A stretch of DNA of 64,000 nucleotides from Octopus vulgaris (Eukaryota). The position numbers and the translations under genes were made by a program. Shown in pieces: positions 1-13,086 of this stretch; position 1 is the stretch's first letter; every line of letters begins with the position of its first letter. The notes under the pieces are model-generated. The model saw only the letters and a program-made list of their open reading frames with translations. It was not told where the DNA came from and did no database searches. Location: contig OX597816.1 of NCBI GenBank assembly GCA_951406725.2, forward strand, positions 76,322,001-76,386,000, read 5' to 3'.

Positions 1-220
1 ACCCACAAGTGGTTAAACATAGAGGGAACAAAGAAGTACAGACAAACGGATTAAGTCGATTACATTGACCCCAGTGCGTCACTTGTACTTAATTTATCGA
101 CCCCGAAAGGATGAAAGGCAAAGTCGACCTCGGCGGAATTTGAACTCAGAACGTAACGGCAGACGAAATACGGCGACGCATTTCGCCCGGCGTGCTAACG
201 TTTCTGACAGCTCGCCGCCT
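1..220 (-). mobile_element. tRNA-derived SINE (Meta-domain-like, octopus-type family), cut by the window edge
   Basis: Reverse complement reads GGCGGCGAGCTGTCAGAAACGTTAGCACGCCGGGCGAAATGCG...GAGTTCAAATTCCGCCGAGGTCGACTTTGCCTTTCATCCTTTCGGGGTCGATAAATTAAGTAC, with a B-box-like GTTCAAATTCC. Near-identical copies at 22664, 24079 and 46645. Confidence 0.85.
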
Positions 221-260
221 TTCCAATATTAGAATCAGTAATACAATACATCAGTACAAA

Positions 261-344
261 AGCTTACGATCGTTTCGATGAATGCGTTTGCATCGGGCGA
301 ATTTCCAAGCCGATACAATTAGTCGCATTTCTCTCATCAGAGGT
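261..344 (-). ncRNA. Type I hammerhead ribozyme motif with long stem II
   Basis: Minus strand ACCU-CUGAUGA-GAGAAAUGCG...CGCAUUCAUC-GAAA-CGAUCG-UA-AGCU. Intact core, palindromic stem III, GUA triplet; stem I has one mismatch. Confidence 0.65.
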
Positions 345-760
345 ACAAAAGAATTGATTAAAATATTTTAAAATTTGAGAAAGCTTAAAATACCTCCTAC
401 TTACAGAACTTGTGGTCACATCGAGTAATATTATATTTTTTTTAAATGTTATAGTATTTTAAAAAAAGTACAGAGTGAAAAAGGTTGTGAAGTAAAACAT
501 TTGTGCGAATGAAAATATTTGTAAAAATATGAGGACTCAAATTTGGTTAACCATTTAAAAAAACAGTTAGATTGCTGATATGTAAACAAATAAAAATAAG
601 GTGAATCCATATATGCAGAATGTTAGTGGGAACAGTATAAAATTTCACATGTTATTTCACAACGATTCACAATGACCGCTAACTTACAACTTATATATAG
701 AAGGTTAATATGTTATAGACAGCCATGTGCAACTTGTTACTAAAAGGAAAACTATAAATG

Positions 761-1057
761 TCACTAAATATGAATAGAGTGTTAGACTACCTACATTGCT
801 AGAAATAAGAGCTAAAAAGATCTAAAGCTGCAGAGAATTAAATCCGGAATCAGTCGAATCAAGCGGTCCCTAGTGATGAGGCTACGGTCTAGTTATGAGG
901 CTATTAGTGTAGGGTATTTCTCGACCGGGGTTTTCGGGCGATTACATTCCTTGTCAGTACACACGTATAAAATTACGTACTTCAATTACAATATTAGAGC
1001 TTTTAGCTTTTATTTCTAGCAATGTAGGTGTTCTAACATCCTAGTCATATTTAGTGA
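761..1057. repeat. Diverged inverted repeat (~65-bp arms) of the dispersed CTAGAAATAGCAGCTAAA-type repeat
   Basis: 761-824 TCACTAAATATGAATAGAGTGTTAGACTACCTACATTGCTAGAAATAAGAGCTAAAA matches the reverse complement of 994-1057. Related copy at 40141-40215. Confidence 0.75.
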
Positions 1058-1119
1058 AATATATATATATATATATATATAAGTGGTTAGCTATAAGCCT
1101 CTCCAGGTGCTAGAAAAAA

Positions 1120-1365
1120 CTCCGAAAAATAAAACACGGGCTGTAGTCGGGCAAAGAAACCAGATAATGAATTAAACTTTTGATTAACCATGTACAAGAT
1201 CCTGGTTCAAGCTTAAGGCAAAAACAAAGAAATATTCCTACTGCTCTCATCAGCAACGGTACTCCGTAGCCTGAAACAGGATCTTGCACACAGTTAATCA
1301 AAAGTTTAATTCATTATCTTTCATTTTCCCGGCTACAACCCGTGTTTTATTTTTCGGTGTATTTT
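1120..1365. repeat. Inverted repeat (~95-bp arms) overlapping a hammerhead motif; PLE pseudo-LTR-like
   Basis: 1120-1212 (CCGAAAAATAAAACACGGGCTGTAGTCGGG...AGATAATGAATTAAACTTTTGATTAAC...CAAGATCCTG) matches the reverse complement of 1268-1365. Confidence 0.8.
1188..1259 (-). ncRNA. Degenerate hammerhead motif
   Basis: CCGUUG-CUGAUGA-GAGC...GCUU-GAAC-CAGGAUCUUG-UA-CAUGG. GAAA is mutated to GAAC; stem III is near-palindromic. Confidence 0.55.
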
Positions 1366-1547
1366 AAGGTAGTAATAGCGTCATTGGCGTCTATTTTTCT
1401 AGTGGGTGGAGAGGCTTATAGCCAATCCCTTGATATAGTTATGTATATAATTAAAAAAATATTTGTAAAATTTACCTATTAGGCTTTGTTTCCGCGCTGA
1501 CAAAAATGCACCAAAATTTACTGGAAATAGTAAGTAAAACTTCAATG

Positions 1548-1641
<94 letters not shown>

Positions 1642-1721
1642 CTGGCAAAATGTTAACGAGCAGCGAACGTAAAAATTTCATCTTACCTGTAGGAAGAACA
1701 TTAAATAAATATACAACCCAG

Positions 1722-1793
1722 ATATGGACCTAGGTTCGAACTTTCCAAATAACGTTTGCTAACGTAAATTTGATAAGTTCTCATCGGCTAGAT
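1722..1793 (-). ncRNA. Degenerate hammerhead motif
   Basis: CCGAUGA-GAACUU...AAGUUC-GAA-CCUAGG-UC. U4C change and one A lost; 6-bp stem II base and palindromic stem III retained. Confidence 0.45.
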
Positions 1794-2025
1794 TTACCTT
1801 GACAAACTCTCAAATGTCGCTACATCAATACTAGTATATACTTATCTGAAACGTCTAGATATTAACAGACCGAGAACTGTGAAAAAGTTTCCAAAGAAAA
1901 CATTATTAAATAGCGCGATACAGTAGTATTGCTTCCCAGTAAAACAAAGTACTATCAGATTAAAGTATGAATAAGATATATTAGTACAGCAATGTACTGG
2001 AAATATCAGTCGATAATATACGACC

Positions 2026-2062
<37 letters not shown>

Positions 2063-2065
<3 letters not shown>

Positions 2066-2250
2066 AGAGTTTACGAAAAAAACCCAAAAGACGAAGTCAG
2101 GTGGTGTACAAAACAAACAGATGTATTAGTATAACGCTCAGGAATAGAAAAAGTCTTTTACGTTTCGAGCCTACGCACTTCTACAGAAAGGGACACAGAA
2201 AAAACAGGGAGAGAAAAAAATGTGTGTAGTGGCTAACGATCTATCATGGC
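2063..2250 (-). mobile_element. ~190-bp dispersed repeat with a variant HHR core (family A; PLE terminal repeat-like), inserted in (TA)n
   Basis: Minus core at 2155-2190: CUUU-CUGUAGA-A-GUGC-GUAG-GCUC-GAAA-CG-UA-AAAG. Homologous to 15243, 16436, 44934 and 45420. Confidence 0.7.
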
Positions 2251-2259
2251 TAACGATCT

Positions 2260-2299
<40 letters not shown>

Positions 2300-3272
2300 T
2301 ATATATATACATACATACACACACGTGCGTGTGTATATGTATGTGTGTGTGTTGAAACATGCAGATATGCATATAACTATTATATTTGTACGCATGTGCT
2401 GAATGGAGGATGAACATGAAGCGATTTGCACTAAACAAATGAAAATATTAATGTCCAAAACGCTATGTAATGGTATGTTGATAGTTGTATATTGTGAGAG
2501 TAAACTATGATCGCGTAAGTACAAACGCGGACACAATCATGAATGTATATGTGTGTGTGTGTGTGTGTGTGCGTGCGCGTGTGTGTATAATTAGAAACAG
2601 GCGCTCATACATGTATGCGTGAGAAAAAATGACCTAAATGAACGAATAAATAAATAAAATCCATTACGCAACATAATAGAATAGATGAACCAGATTACGC
2701 AATATGTGAATCTACTCATATAGAAAACCATATACTATATGTAATGTATTAATCTATTCACAGAGAAAATCACACAGTTTGCGTAATATTTTAAGCGATT
2801 GAGAGAGAAATTCATGTAGCATATATAATATATTGATCTATTCAAACTAAAAATCACTGGTTATTTTAATGTCCTTTGCATTTTATGTGTGTGACAAAAT
2901 GCAAAAGAAGATGCCTGGTAAGTAATTGAAATTTTTTTTAAAGTATGCAAACATGTTTCAGAATATGGACTGTTGAATGTACGGAAAATAATTTTAACCC
3001 ATTTTTGCTTTGGAATCTCCTATTTTGCATATAAATAAAAAAGATGAGCAATTTTTTTAGCAACAAGCCAAACTTAGATTGCTAAATTGATTTCTATTTG
3101 TTAATGAATATTTTCGCATGTATATTGTCATGCTATTTTCCCTTTTCAACCGTTTGAAAGAAGGAACTCGGATTAACGATTCACAAAGCTTCAATTTCCC
3201 ATATACTATACAAATATATTTTATATATTAAAAACTTTTCTCTTGTCATTTTCTAAACAGAAATATTCACAC

Positions 3273-3412
<140 letters not shown>

Positions 3413-3589
3413 ATCTCTCTATTTATCGATCTATTAGTGTGTGCACGCATATTCCCCAGACGTGAACATACACACACACACACACACACTCTCTCTCTCT
3501 CTCTCTCTCTCAAACGCGTATGCGCGCACACATGCACACACACACATACACGCAGAGACACACAAGCACTTATGTTGCTGCAGTATGAC

Positions 3590-3735
3590 TGTGTGTATAA
3601 GATGATCACTTTGTGATAATGAGACCATGGTTCCCATTCTGCTGCGTGGCATTTTGGAAAGGTTGATCCATCTATAGTCTCATGTAGACCTTGTGATTGA
3701 AATTAGGCAGACGGAAACTGTATGGAAGCAGGTAT
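3590..3735 (+). mobile_element. Degenerate CORE-type SINE remnant
   Basis: CCATGGTTCCCATTCTGCTGCGTGGCATTTTGG...CCTTGTGATTGAAATTAGGCAGACGGAAACTG. Similar decayed copies near 11985-12130 and 39230-39370. Confidence 0.5.
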
Positions 3736-3989
3736 GATGGATTGTAACTCTAATTCAAAAATCCATCCCTGTCAAACAGTACGACAGTGAGTCCGCTGGA
3801 CAAATAAATTAAGCTGTACGAGTCAGTGGAATACTCGTCCAAATGCACTAAATCACTGAATCTGGTTGTTCATGTTACTGAAAAGCTACTATTCATGTTC
3901 GAAAATTCTGACCTAGCTCATGTATATATAACCCGTGCACAGGCACATCTACAAATACATTACTCGAATTGAAAAACTAAAAAACTTCA

Positions 3990-4028
3990 TCGCAACTTGA
4001 GTTTCTTGCTACAGAAATCATCAAGCGA
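3990..4028 (-). ncRNA. Degenerate minimal hammerhead motif
   Basis: UCGC-UUGAUGA-UUUCUGUAGCAA-GAAA-CUCAAG-UU-GCGA. 4-bp stem I, C3U, and a stem III one change from the CUCGAG palindrome. Confidence 0.5.
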
Positions 4029-4750
4029 GAACTGTATGCTTTTTTTTTACGGAACCAGTATATCTGCTCTTTAATAATATCAATGCAATCGTATATTTCT
4101 GATTATGATTCTTGACTCGATTGGTGCATCTTTACTCTTTTTTCTCTTCGGTTGTTTTAATTATGGGCTTTTCATTGGCTGGTTTCAAATTGTATTTTAT
4201 TATATTTTATTATAGTCGATTTCCTTGGATTATTTATATATATAATTCGCTTCGTCATGCTTATAATTTTTCTTATGCGTATGATACTTTTGGTTTTATT
4301 CTCATAAATATATTTGTTTAAAGCTCATTGTTATTGTAAGAATATCTTGCTGTTCATCAAATTCACTGTGAATTTTTGTTGTTGTATAGACCATATCTTG
4401 ACTTTCAAATACTGAAATAGCAAAAAATGCGTCTTTATGATTCATTGGTCATGCAACAACCTTTGAAATTTTAGGCCCAGTGATTTTGCCTTCCCTGCAA
4501 AAAGCAAATTCTCTATAACAAAAACACAAAAAAGCAGGGAGAATGAGACATGTAGATTCATATGTAAGTATGTATGTACACACACACACATGTATAAATA
4601 TATATGTACACACACACACACATATATATATATACACCTAAGTGCGTATACACGTACATGCACTCTCACTAACGTGTGTGTTTGTGCATCGTATGTGTCT
4701 GTGTGTGTGCTGTATGGATATGCATTCCGCACGAATGCATTTCAGATGTG

Positions 4751-4833
<83 letters not shown>

Positions 4834-5528
4834 CAATATCCACGAATGCTATGTAGTGCACTCATTTCTATCGTTCGACATTTACGTATATATATACCTT
4901 TTCTTTCCTTTCTTTGTGCCTACTCATCCCGCATTTTGCATCAACCATCACGTTCTTTCTTAAGTTTTCTTATGTACCGGTGTGGTGCTTTTCAAATAAG
5001 CCTACCCATGTGCACTAAACCCGCAATATTACTCGTACGAAGTGAGACATGTTTGTATAGAAAGGGTTAAAACATGATAAGTCATAAAAAGTATAGTATC
5101 ATATGCTAAAATCATTAGAATACGATATCATCTAAGTCTTTCACATCTGTAGTGTAAATGCACTATTGTCACGAAAATTTTGACAGCTCATGAACGATGA
5201 ATATAACAGCTGTTTTATGCAAATTTGTGTGACCTAAATGACTCTTCAGCGGTGTAATTATTGTAGCCTCAAAGCAGGTGCTTGATCAAATTACTAGTTA
5301 TATAAATGCAGCTTCAACGTAAATACGAAGAACAAATACATGCAGATATAGATATGCACACATGCACACATCCACACAACATACACATTTATACAATCTT
5401 GCATGTATGTATGTATGTATGTATGTATGTATGTATGTATGTATTTATGTATGTATGTATGTATGTATGTGTGTATGTATGCATGCATGCATGTGTGTAT
5501 ATATGTATTTATATACATACATACATAC

Positions 5529-5562
<34 letters not shown>

Positions 5563-5563
5563 T

Positions 5564-6750
5564 CGAGGGGCGTTCAATAAGTAATGCCCCTGACCCACTT
5601 CGCATACCAGTAGAGCAACGGAACTTGGCACAGTTATTGGTCTTTTTCTACATAGGAACCACTCAGAGTTACGCATTTCTCCCATCGTTTGATCCAGCTC
5701 TGGAGACCGTTTTTGTAAAAGACCCCCAGCTTGGTCCTCCATCCACGACGTGACTTTAGAAATCAAGGCTGCATCATCTGGGAAATGCTTTCCTTTCAAA
5801 AACAACTTCATGGCTGGAAAGAGGAGAAAATCACAGGGTGCAAGGTCAGGAGAGTAGGGGGGGGGTTCATAGCCGCACGCCTGTGCTTCTGATCTGGCGA
5901 CACGCGAGTTGTGGACCGGAGCGTTGTCCTGCAGGAGGAGGATGCCTTTGCTGATCTTGCCCCGCCTCTTGATTTTGATAGCTTCTCTTAATTTCCTCAA
6001 AAGTGAAGCATAATAGGCTCCTGTAATTGTGGTACCCTTTGCCAGGAAATCTGTCATCACTACTCCGTCCTGGTCCCAGAAGACTGTGAGCATGACCTTG
6101 CCAGCAGAGGGCTGCACCCTTGCCCTCTTTGGAGGAGGTGAGTCACGGTGCTTCCACTGCATTGACTGGGCTTTGGTCTCTGGATCATAGTGATGGACCC
6201 AGGTTTCATCCTGTGTAATCAGTCTTTTGAAAAAGTTTGACTCATCTTCTTGGTACATCTCCAAATTCATCCTCGAGCATTCGACGCGTTCTTGCTTCTG
6301 GAAAGGTGTGAGCAACCTGGGAATCCGTCTGGCAGACACCTTTTGCATATGCAAATGGTCATGAATAATAGTTTTCACTAACCCGGTACTAATCTTGACC
6401 TCATGGGCTATTTGGCGAATAGTTATGCGTCGATCTTCCAAAATGGCAGCCTCAACTTGACGGGCATATGCCTCATCAATGGCAGAAGGGGGTCGACCAG
6501 ATCTGGGAGCTGTTTCCACAGAGTTCCGACCATGTTTGAATTCACGATGCCAGCGTTTTACAAGGTCATATGATAGGGCATCATCACCATAAGTTACTTT
6601 CATTTCATCAAAAGTCTCCCATGGTGTGCGTCCTTTCAAATACAAAAACCGGATCATTGCTCGACACTCAACAGGCTCCATTTCACACTTGACTCAGTTC
6701 AAACACCTGTTAATCGGAAACCAGAGGCATTACTTATTGAACTTCCCTCG
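5564..6750 (-). mobile_element. Mariner DNA transposon, copy 1 (DD34D; irritans-subfamily-like), internally deleted
   Basis: TIRs CGAGGGGCGTTCAATAAGTAATGCC at 5564 and GGCATTACTTATTGAACTTCCCTCG ending at 6750. Sits in (TA)n and encodes a transposase. Confidence 0.95.
5640..6681 (-). pseudogene. Mariner transposase, probably inactive
   Basis: HTH N-terminus, RSGRP, (W>R)IPRLLT, TQDETWVHHYDPETK, LLQDNAPVH, YSPDLAPCD. A 3-aa deletion before YSPDL leaves D-D spacing of 31, and the C-terminal frame runs through the TIR into the microsatellite. The left (C-terminal) coordinate is approximate. Confidence 0.9.
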
Positions 6751-6930
6751 TATATATATATATATATATATATACTGATAAATTGATAAATAAATATAGA
6801 GATATGCACACAAAGTGCTGCATTTATACATACAAACAAACATTCATTCCCGCACACATGCACACACGCACGCACAAACACGCGCGCCCACATACACCCC
6901 CCACACACACACATACACGCGTGCATCCCC

Positions 6931-6969
<39 letters not shown>

Positions 6970-7266
6970 TGTATACAAATGAGATATGTAAATGTTATGT
7001 AAATGCATTCTACCAATTTATATTTAACACATTCTCAACATTAACAGCGCTAATTATCTCTGACGCTTAATAAGACACATGCTCAAAGAAGAATCAGTGA
7101 GTTTTAATTATTATTGCATTAATTATACTATAATGGATTTATGAAAATTTAAAAGGCGTTTTCTGAGGTATAAATTTGAAATTCAGTGCATGCTGCAGCT
7201 AATTCTTAAGTGCTATTTTGAAAATTTATGGACACTATCGTCAGTTTGCGCGCGAATATATGTATA

Positions 7267-7378
<112 letters not shown>

Positions 7379-7392
7379 CATGGATATAAGTA

Positions 7393-7423
<31 letters not shown>

Positions 7424-7525
7424 ATACATACATACATATATATTTTTTTTATATACGAATTTTTAAGTGTTATTTAGAAAATTCATGGACATTATCATCA
7501 ATTTGCGCGCGAATATATGTATATT

Positions 7526-7587
<62 letters not shown>

Positions 7588-7602
7588 CATATATATATAT
7601 AT

Positions 7603-8430
7603 AAAGGTAAATGACGTGCAGACTGGATACACTGGCCCAGGAAGAATTGCAATCCCTGAGTCAAAATCAGTGCGTGACCTAGGCATTGACATGAGCAATG
7701 ATGCATCTTTCCAAGTGCATATTACTAATCTGGTGATAAAATGCAGACGGCTAGCTGGATGGATTCTCCGAACTTTCAGAACAAGAGAGAAGGAGACACT
7801 GATGGTCCTCTGGAAAACATTCGTCCTCAGCCGCTTGGACTACTGCTCCCAACTATGGTCACCACACAATATAAAACTAACAGCAGAACTCGAAGCAATT
7901 CAGAGAAGCTACACAAAGAAGATCGTCTCAATGCAAAATATCAGCTACTGGGAAAGACTGAAAGTATTAAACCTCTTCTCCCTAGAGTGGAGGCGGGAGA
8001 GATATGCGGTGATATACATCTGGAAAATCCGGGAGGGTCTTGTCCCAAACTTTGGCATTCAAAGTTACCCTAACCGAAGAACGGGGCGCCACTGCATGGT
8101 GCCAAAGATTCCAACATCACCATCAAAATACGGGACCAGATACTGCAACAGCTTGGGTTTCAGAGGACCACAGCTCTTTAACATCCTCCCTAAATGCCTG
8201 AGAGACTTACATGGTGTGGATGTGGGTTTCTTTAAAAATAAAATGGATCTCTTCTCGTCGGGTGTCCCAGATGAACCTACCTCACGACAGGAGACGCAGA
8301 TGCGGGCAGCAGCATCGAACTCCCTTGTTGATCAAGTGCCACGTATCAGAGGTGGATTCACATATTAGTGTAGCTCATTCAGCGGTGGTGCACCAGCATG
8401 GCCGCGGCCTTCGGGCTAAAACATTTTAAA
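7603..8430 (+). mobile_element. 5'-truncated CR1-group LINE (C-terminal ORF2 plus 3' UTR)
   Basis: VRDLGIDM...WILRTF...VLSRLDYCSQLWSP...LEAIQRSYTKKI...SYWERLKVLNLFSLEWRRERY is the post-RT region typical of CR1/L2-group LINEs. Frame open to a stop at 8368, then tail GCGGTGGTGCACCAGCATGGCCGCGGCCTTCGGGCTAAAAC. Confidence 0.88.
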
Positions 8431-8446
8431 GAATTTATGGATTTAA

Positions 8447-8487
<41 letters not shown>

Positions 8488-11189
8488 TGTATATCTCTAT
8501 AATTGTGAATGTATGTATTTATATAATATTGTATGTATAAATATAAGTGTGTATGCATATAAGTAGACACACACACACAAACATACGCGTCCACTCCCCC
8601 ACACATTCACACATAGGTCTATAGGTCTATCAGTTTGGCTAGCATCGATGTATCATTGGGAAGCTAAAACAATGCAAAGAAACGCGTTGTGACCAGTGGT
8701 GTGTAACAACAACCGATAGTCTGGTCGATACAGTGATACAGCGATATATATACATACATACTTTCTTGCATGCGCAAACATACACTCTGCCCAAACATTC
8801 CCACATAGACACATACACGCGCACCCCGCAACACACATATACTAATATGGTGGTGCTGTATGGGAACTTGGGTACTTTGTCTGTATAAAATTGCAGATAG
8901 TCAGTATTAAGAAATTTGAACGAAGCAAATTATATATAAATTTACCTTATTACACGAAAATATTATCGAATTGAATGCGTTCTTTTGAGTAACTTTAGCC
9001 GTTAACATTGTAAAAAATGTCTCTCAACATGTATTTATTAGAATGCATTTATTATAAGTTGTATCAGTTTACAAGAAGTCTGAACGTAAGTCACTTCCTT
9101 TCCTTCACTTCAAGATAAGATGAAATGAACTCATTTTAACTTTTATTCATAATTCCCAAATAAGAATGTTATTGGAAAATTTTAACGATATTTTTAAATT
9201 TAATTTACATCAACCGCAAAACATTTTCCTCTTTGTTCGTAAACATCACTTCTAAACTTTTTCTGCCTCTAAGTTGCCTTTTATCTCTCGGGATAATTTA
9301 ATCTATTAGCCTTCATATAATCCCAGCTTCTCTTTAACCTCTTCCTTTCTTTCCTTTATATCGTTCTTCTTCTTTCACTATTTACCCTATTGCCAACGAT
9401 CTTTTGAACTATCTTTATTAGAGAACTGTTAAAATTTTTGGTTATAATGAAACCTTTCTTCCCGAACTCAATTCTAATCTCTGAACTGTATTGTTATCTT
9501 CAGAAACCGTTTGTTCTTTCTCTCTTTCATACTGTATTCCTGTTTTCGTAAACACTTTCTCTCTTTTTCAACCACATCTCTATCCTCGTAGTACTTTGGG
9601 GGGAGGGTCGGTGGGGGGGTATTTCTCATATAATCATACCTTCTGTCTAATTCAATCTTCACTTCATAACGTTCTTTTTGGAAACCATTTCTTCTGTTTC
9701 TGAACATTTTTTTGTGTTTCCTTCACATAATCCAACCCATGTCATTATTACCTGCAGTTATTAACTGGACACACTCCTATCCACGATATCAGATGTACCA
9801 ATGTCTTGGTATGATGTGCAGACGGGGGTGGCAGTGTGGGCCTCCCTCATACACGAAATGGGCCAGCAACCGAGTAAAAAGCATACGCAACAGTTGTGAT
9901 ATGAGATCTTAATACTACTCAGAAGAAATGAACCATATAAGAGGATTGTGGAAAGGGTATATAAAGACACTAACACGCACACATACATAACTGTTGGAAT
10001 TTTCTTTTTACATAAGAAGAGAATAAAACTTCTTATATAAATTTGAATTTCGGTAACGCATTAGAATTTAAAGTATATCCAGTCATTCCGCAAAGATTTT
10101 CGTTAGTAATTATTTCCACTACTGAGTGATAGTCTAACATTAATTTAATCTAAGTATATCTTTATACACACATATACATAAACTCTGACGTAGACACACA
10201 GGCACACACATACACACACATTTATGTATACATATATATATATGTGTGTAAATTAATTAGTCGCAGAGATACAATTTCTTGCTCTCTAGTAATAAAAGTA
10301 AAGAATCTGTTGTCGCTTATATCAAATTTGAATTTATTAAGCAGAATATTGACTTTAATATTTTGTTGGTCCAGCAAAGTATGTTTCATTTAGAAATAAT
10401 TAGACGTCATGCATTATGCTTCCAGCATGTTTCTCGTTCAACCTTGGAGATAATTAGCTTCCTCGATTTTCAGGGTGCTTTAAATATAAAAGATTCCTCT
10501 TGCTCAGATTCATTTACATAAAATACATGCAAAATATTCTTTTACTGTAAACATTTGTTTTAATGGGAAAATGTACTTATGCGTTGCCTCTTAGCCTGCG
10601 TATGTCTATGAGCTTTACAGATTTCGTAGGGTTGCTTGATTATTAGCTACGAACACAAGTTTCACATTTCTTGTGTGTGCATGTGGCTTCGAAGGTGATG
10701 GAGTAATGTGAGGAGAAGCCGAGTCATCTTTGCTATGCTCTATCGATTGTCAGTTTAATGATATAAATTACGCTTAGCTTTCCACTTTAATGGTTTTCAG
10801 AAAGAAATGTTAACTTCACAGTCTCATAATGTTTGCTATAACATTATCAGTGTCGTGGCTCAATTTCATGGAAGTAGACACTAAATCTCCATCAATGTAA
10901 ATACAAAGAGCTATTGGGTTAATGCATCCCAGGATAAACGTTAAACTCTGAATATGTAACATAAAAATAACGGTTGTACGCCGTTATTTTTATGTCGTTG
11001 ACCATATGTCTTTTTGATGAGAGTTAATCTGAGTTAGCACAACTTTCTCTTGAAGTTATCTTCCTGTGTCGTAATTAGTGTTGTCTGATCTTTACTTATA
11101 TACCCATGACCGGCCACTTTTAAGGATTGGAAGTAAAATTTTAAGCCTTTTATAGAGTTAATATGCTATCTAGAAAATATTACTATGCT

Positions 11190-11380
11190 GATGGAAAATA
11201 TATTAAACATGTTGGCTTGAGAAAATCGATGGCGCGTCAAACAAAATGCCAAGGCATTTCTCCTTGTTGTTTACGTTCTGAATTCAAACCACGCCAAAGT
11301 CGACTTCAGTATTTCAAGGTCAATAAAATAAAGGACCAATCCTATACTGGTGTAGTAGTCGACCATAACTGGCTTTAATC
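11190..11380 (+). mobile_element. Degenerate Meta-like SINE copy
   Basis: TTTACGTTCTGAATTCAAACCACGCCAAAGTCGACTT...GGTCAATAAAATAAAGGACCAA resembles the 1-220 family. Confidence 0.55.
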
Positions 11381-12185
11381 GTATTGTATCATTTATTACT
11401 CTGATGGTGGCTTATGGTTAGGGCTCTACGCATCCTTTATATTGAGTGTGTATGTGTGCGTATATTTATGGCCTCTGATTTGTCTTAATGACAGATCTTT
11501 TGGCTGTTTGGAAAGAATTTTCACTTTACTATTCTTATTGCGACTCTTTATCGAGTGCTTCTGTTCGACAAGTTAATAGAGTCTGTCTGTTTGCTCCTTT
11601 TCATACTGCAAATCTTTCAGGTGAACTGCAGGATGTTTCTCCTACTGTTTTGATATCACTACATTGTCTTTCAGTGATTATATATGTACTGCACAAACGT
11701 TAAACAAAGGTCTGAAGTAAAGAACTCACATTTCGTAAGTAGTTGTAGTGTAAGTTAAATCTTAAACGATTGCAGTGCTAAGCTAAAACTCTTCATGTGA
11801 TTATAACTAGGAAATCTTATACTTTAAAAGTAATAGTTCTTCGTTAGTTTATATAAGGATGAATATTCCCTTGTGCGAGTTTAAATTATTACAGTCATCG
11901 AAATGAGCGTGATAAAATAAAAGAAACAGTATATTATCGGATTAAATTAATAAATCCGTTGTTTGCTGCTACAAAATGAGTGTGTGGTTAAGATGTGGGA
12001 TTCTGAACTAAATCATTTTGGTTTCCATCTCATTGCACAGCCATTTAGACAAGTATTTTGTAGTACAATGTCAGTCAACCTAATCCTTTCATTGGAAGAG
12101 AAATTTTAACAACGTTATGTGGAAGCACAGAGGAAGTGGGTTTCAAGTTTGGAATTGTAGGTATAATCCATCGTCCTGTCTAATG

Positions 12186-12234
<49 letters not shown>

Positions 12235-13044
12235 TACATATATACATATATATACACACATATATATATATATACATATATATATACATATACATACATA
12301 TATATATATAAATATATATATATAGATATATGTATATATGTATGTATTTGTGAATTAAGGCTAACATTGGTTTCATTTTAATAAAAGTGGGAAAATATCC
12401 TAATGTTTTAACAATTTTTCAAGCCGATCACATGGAGAAATGTGCTCCACTCTAATTTGGAGAAGACAGCCTCGTTTAGTTCGCGGAGATTCTCGTGAAT
12501 TCACGTGAACAAAACAGTGAATCAATGAATCAAGGGACGTTACTCTTGAGTGGTATTTTTGGATGTTTGTCTCCGTTTGATTTGTCTTTTGGGCAAACTG
12601 TTGTGTGATCAATTTGTTTGCCTTATTTAGTTTTTGTTCTGGGCATGGTCTTCTTATACTTGTTTGCTGAGGTAGTTCGTCATTGGAGCATATTTCTTCT
12701 GTGTGTGGAGTTTTTGTGCTATGTGTGTTCAGATTCCACGCTTAGGAAATGGGCTATCTTGGTGGCATTATCGCCATAGATAGTGACTCTTCTTTGAAAT
12801 ATCCGAGTGTAAAATATTGCTTCTGTATTCAGGAAGAATAAGTTTTGGTGAGGGAATTACCTTCCATTATTGTGTAGCCTTGTGTATTTTCATCCAAGAT
12901 GTGACGGGCTGGATAATTGTTGAGATATTTCTCTCAACATGAAACCATCTGTAGCTTTATTAACGCACAAATAAAGTATATTTGTGTGTGTGTGTGTGTA
13001 TATCTCTCTCTATAATCTATCTATCTATCTATCTACCTCGCTTT

Positions 13045-13086
<42 letters not shown>

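Noticed and set aside
5509-6681. 390-aa ORF as an active transposase or a SETMAR-like host gene
   Set aside because: Enclosed by TIRs, no SET domain, catalytic spacing shortened, and the C-terminus reads into TIR and (TA)n.
12400-12960. Possible decayed retroelement coding region (also 19320-19730)
   Set aside because: No diagnostic motif recoverable by eye.
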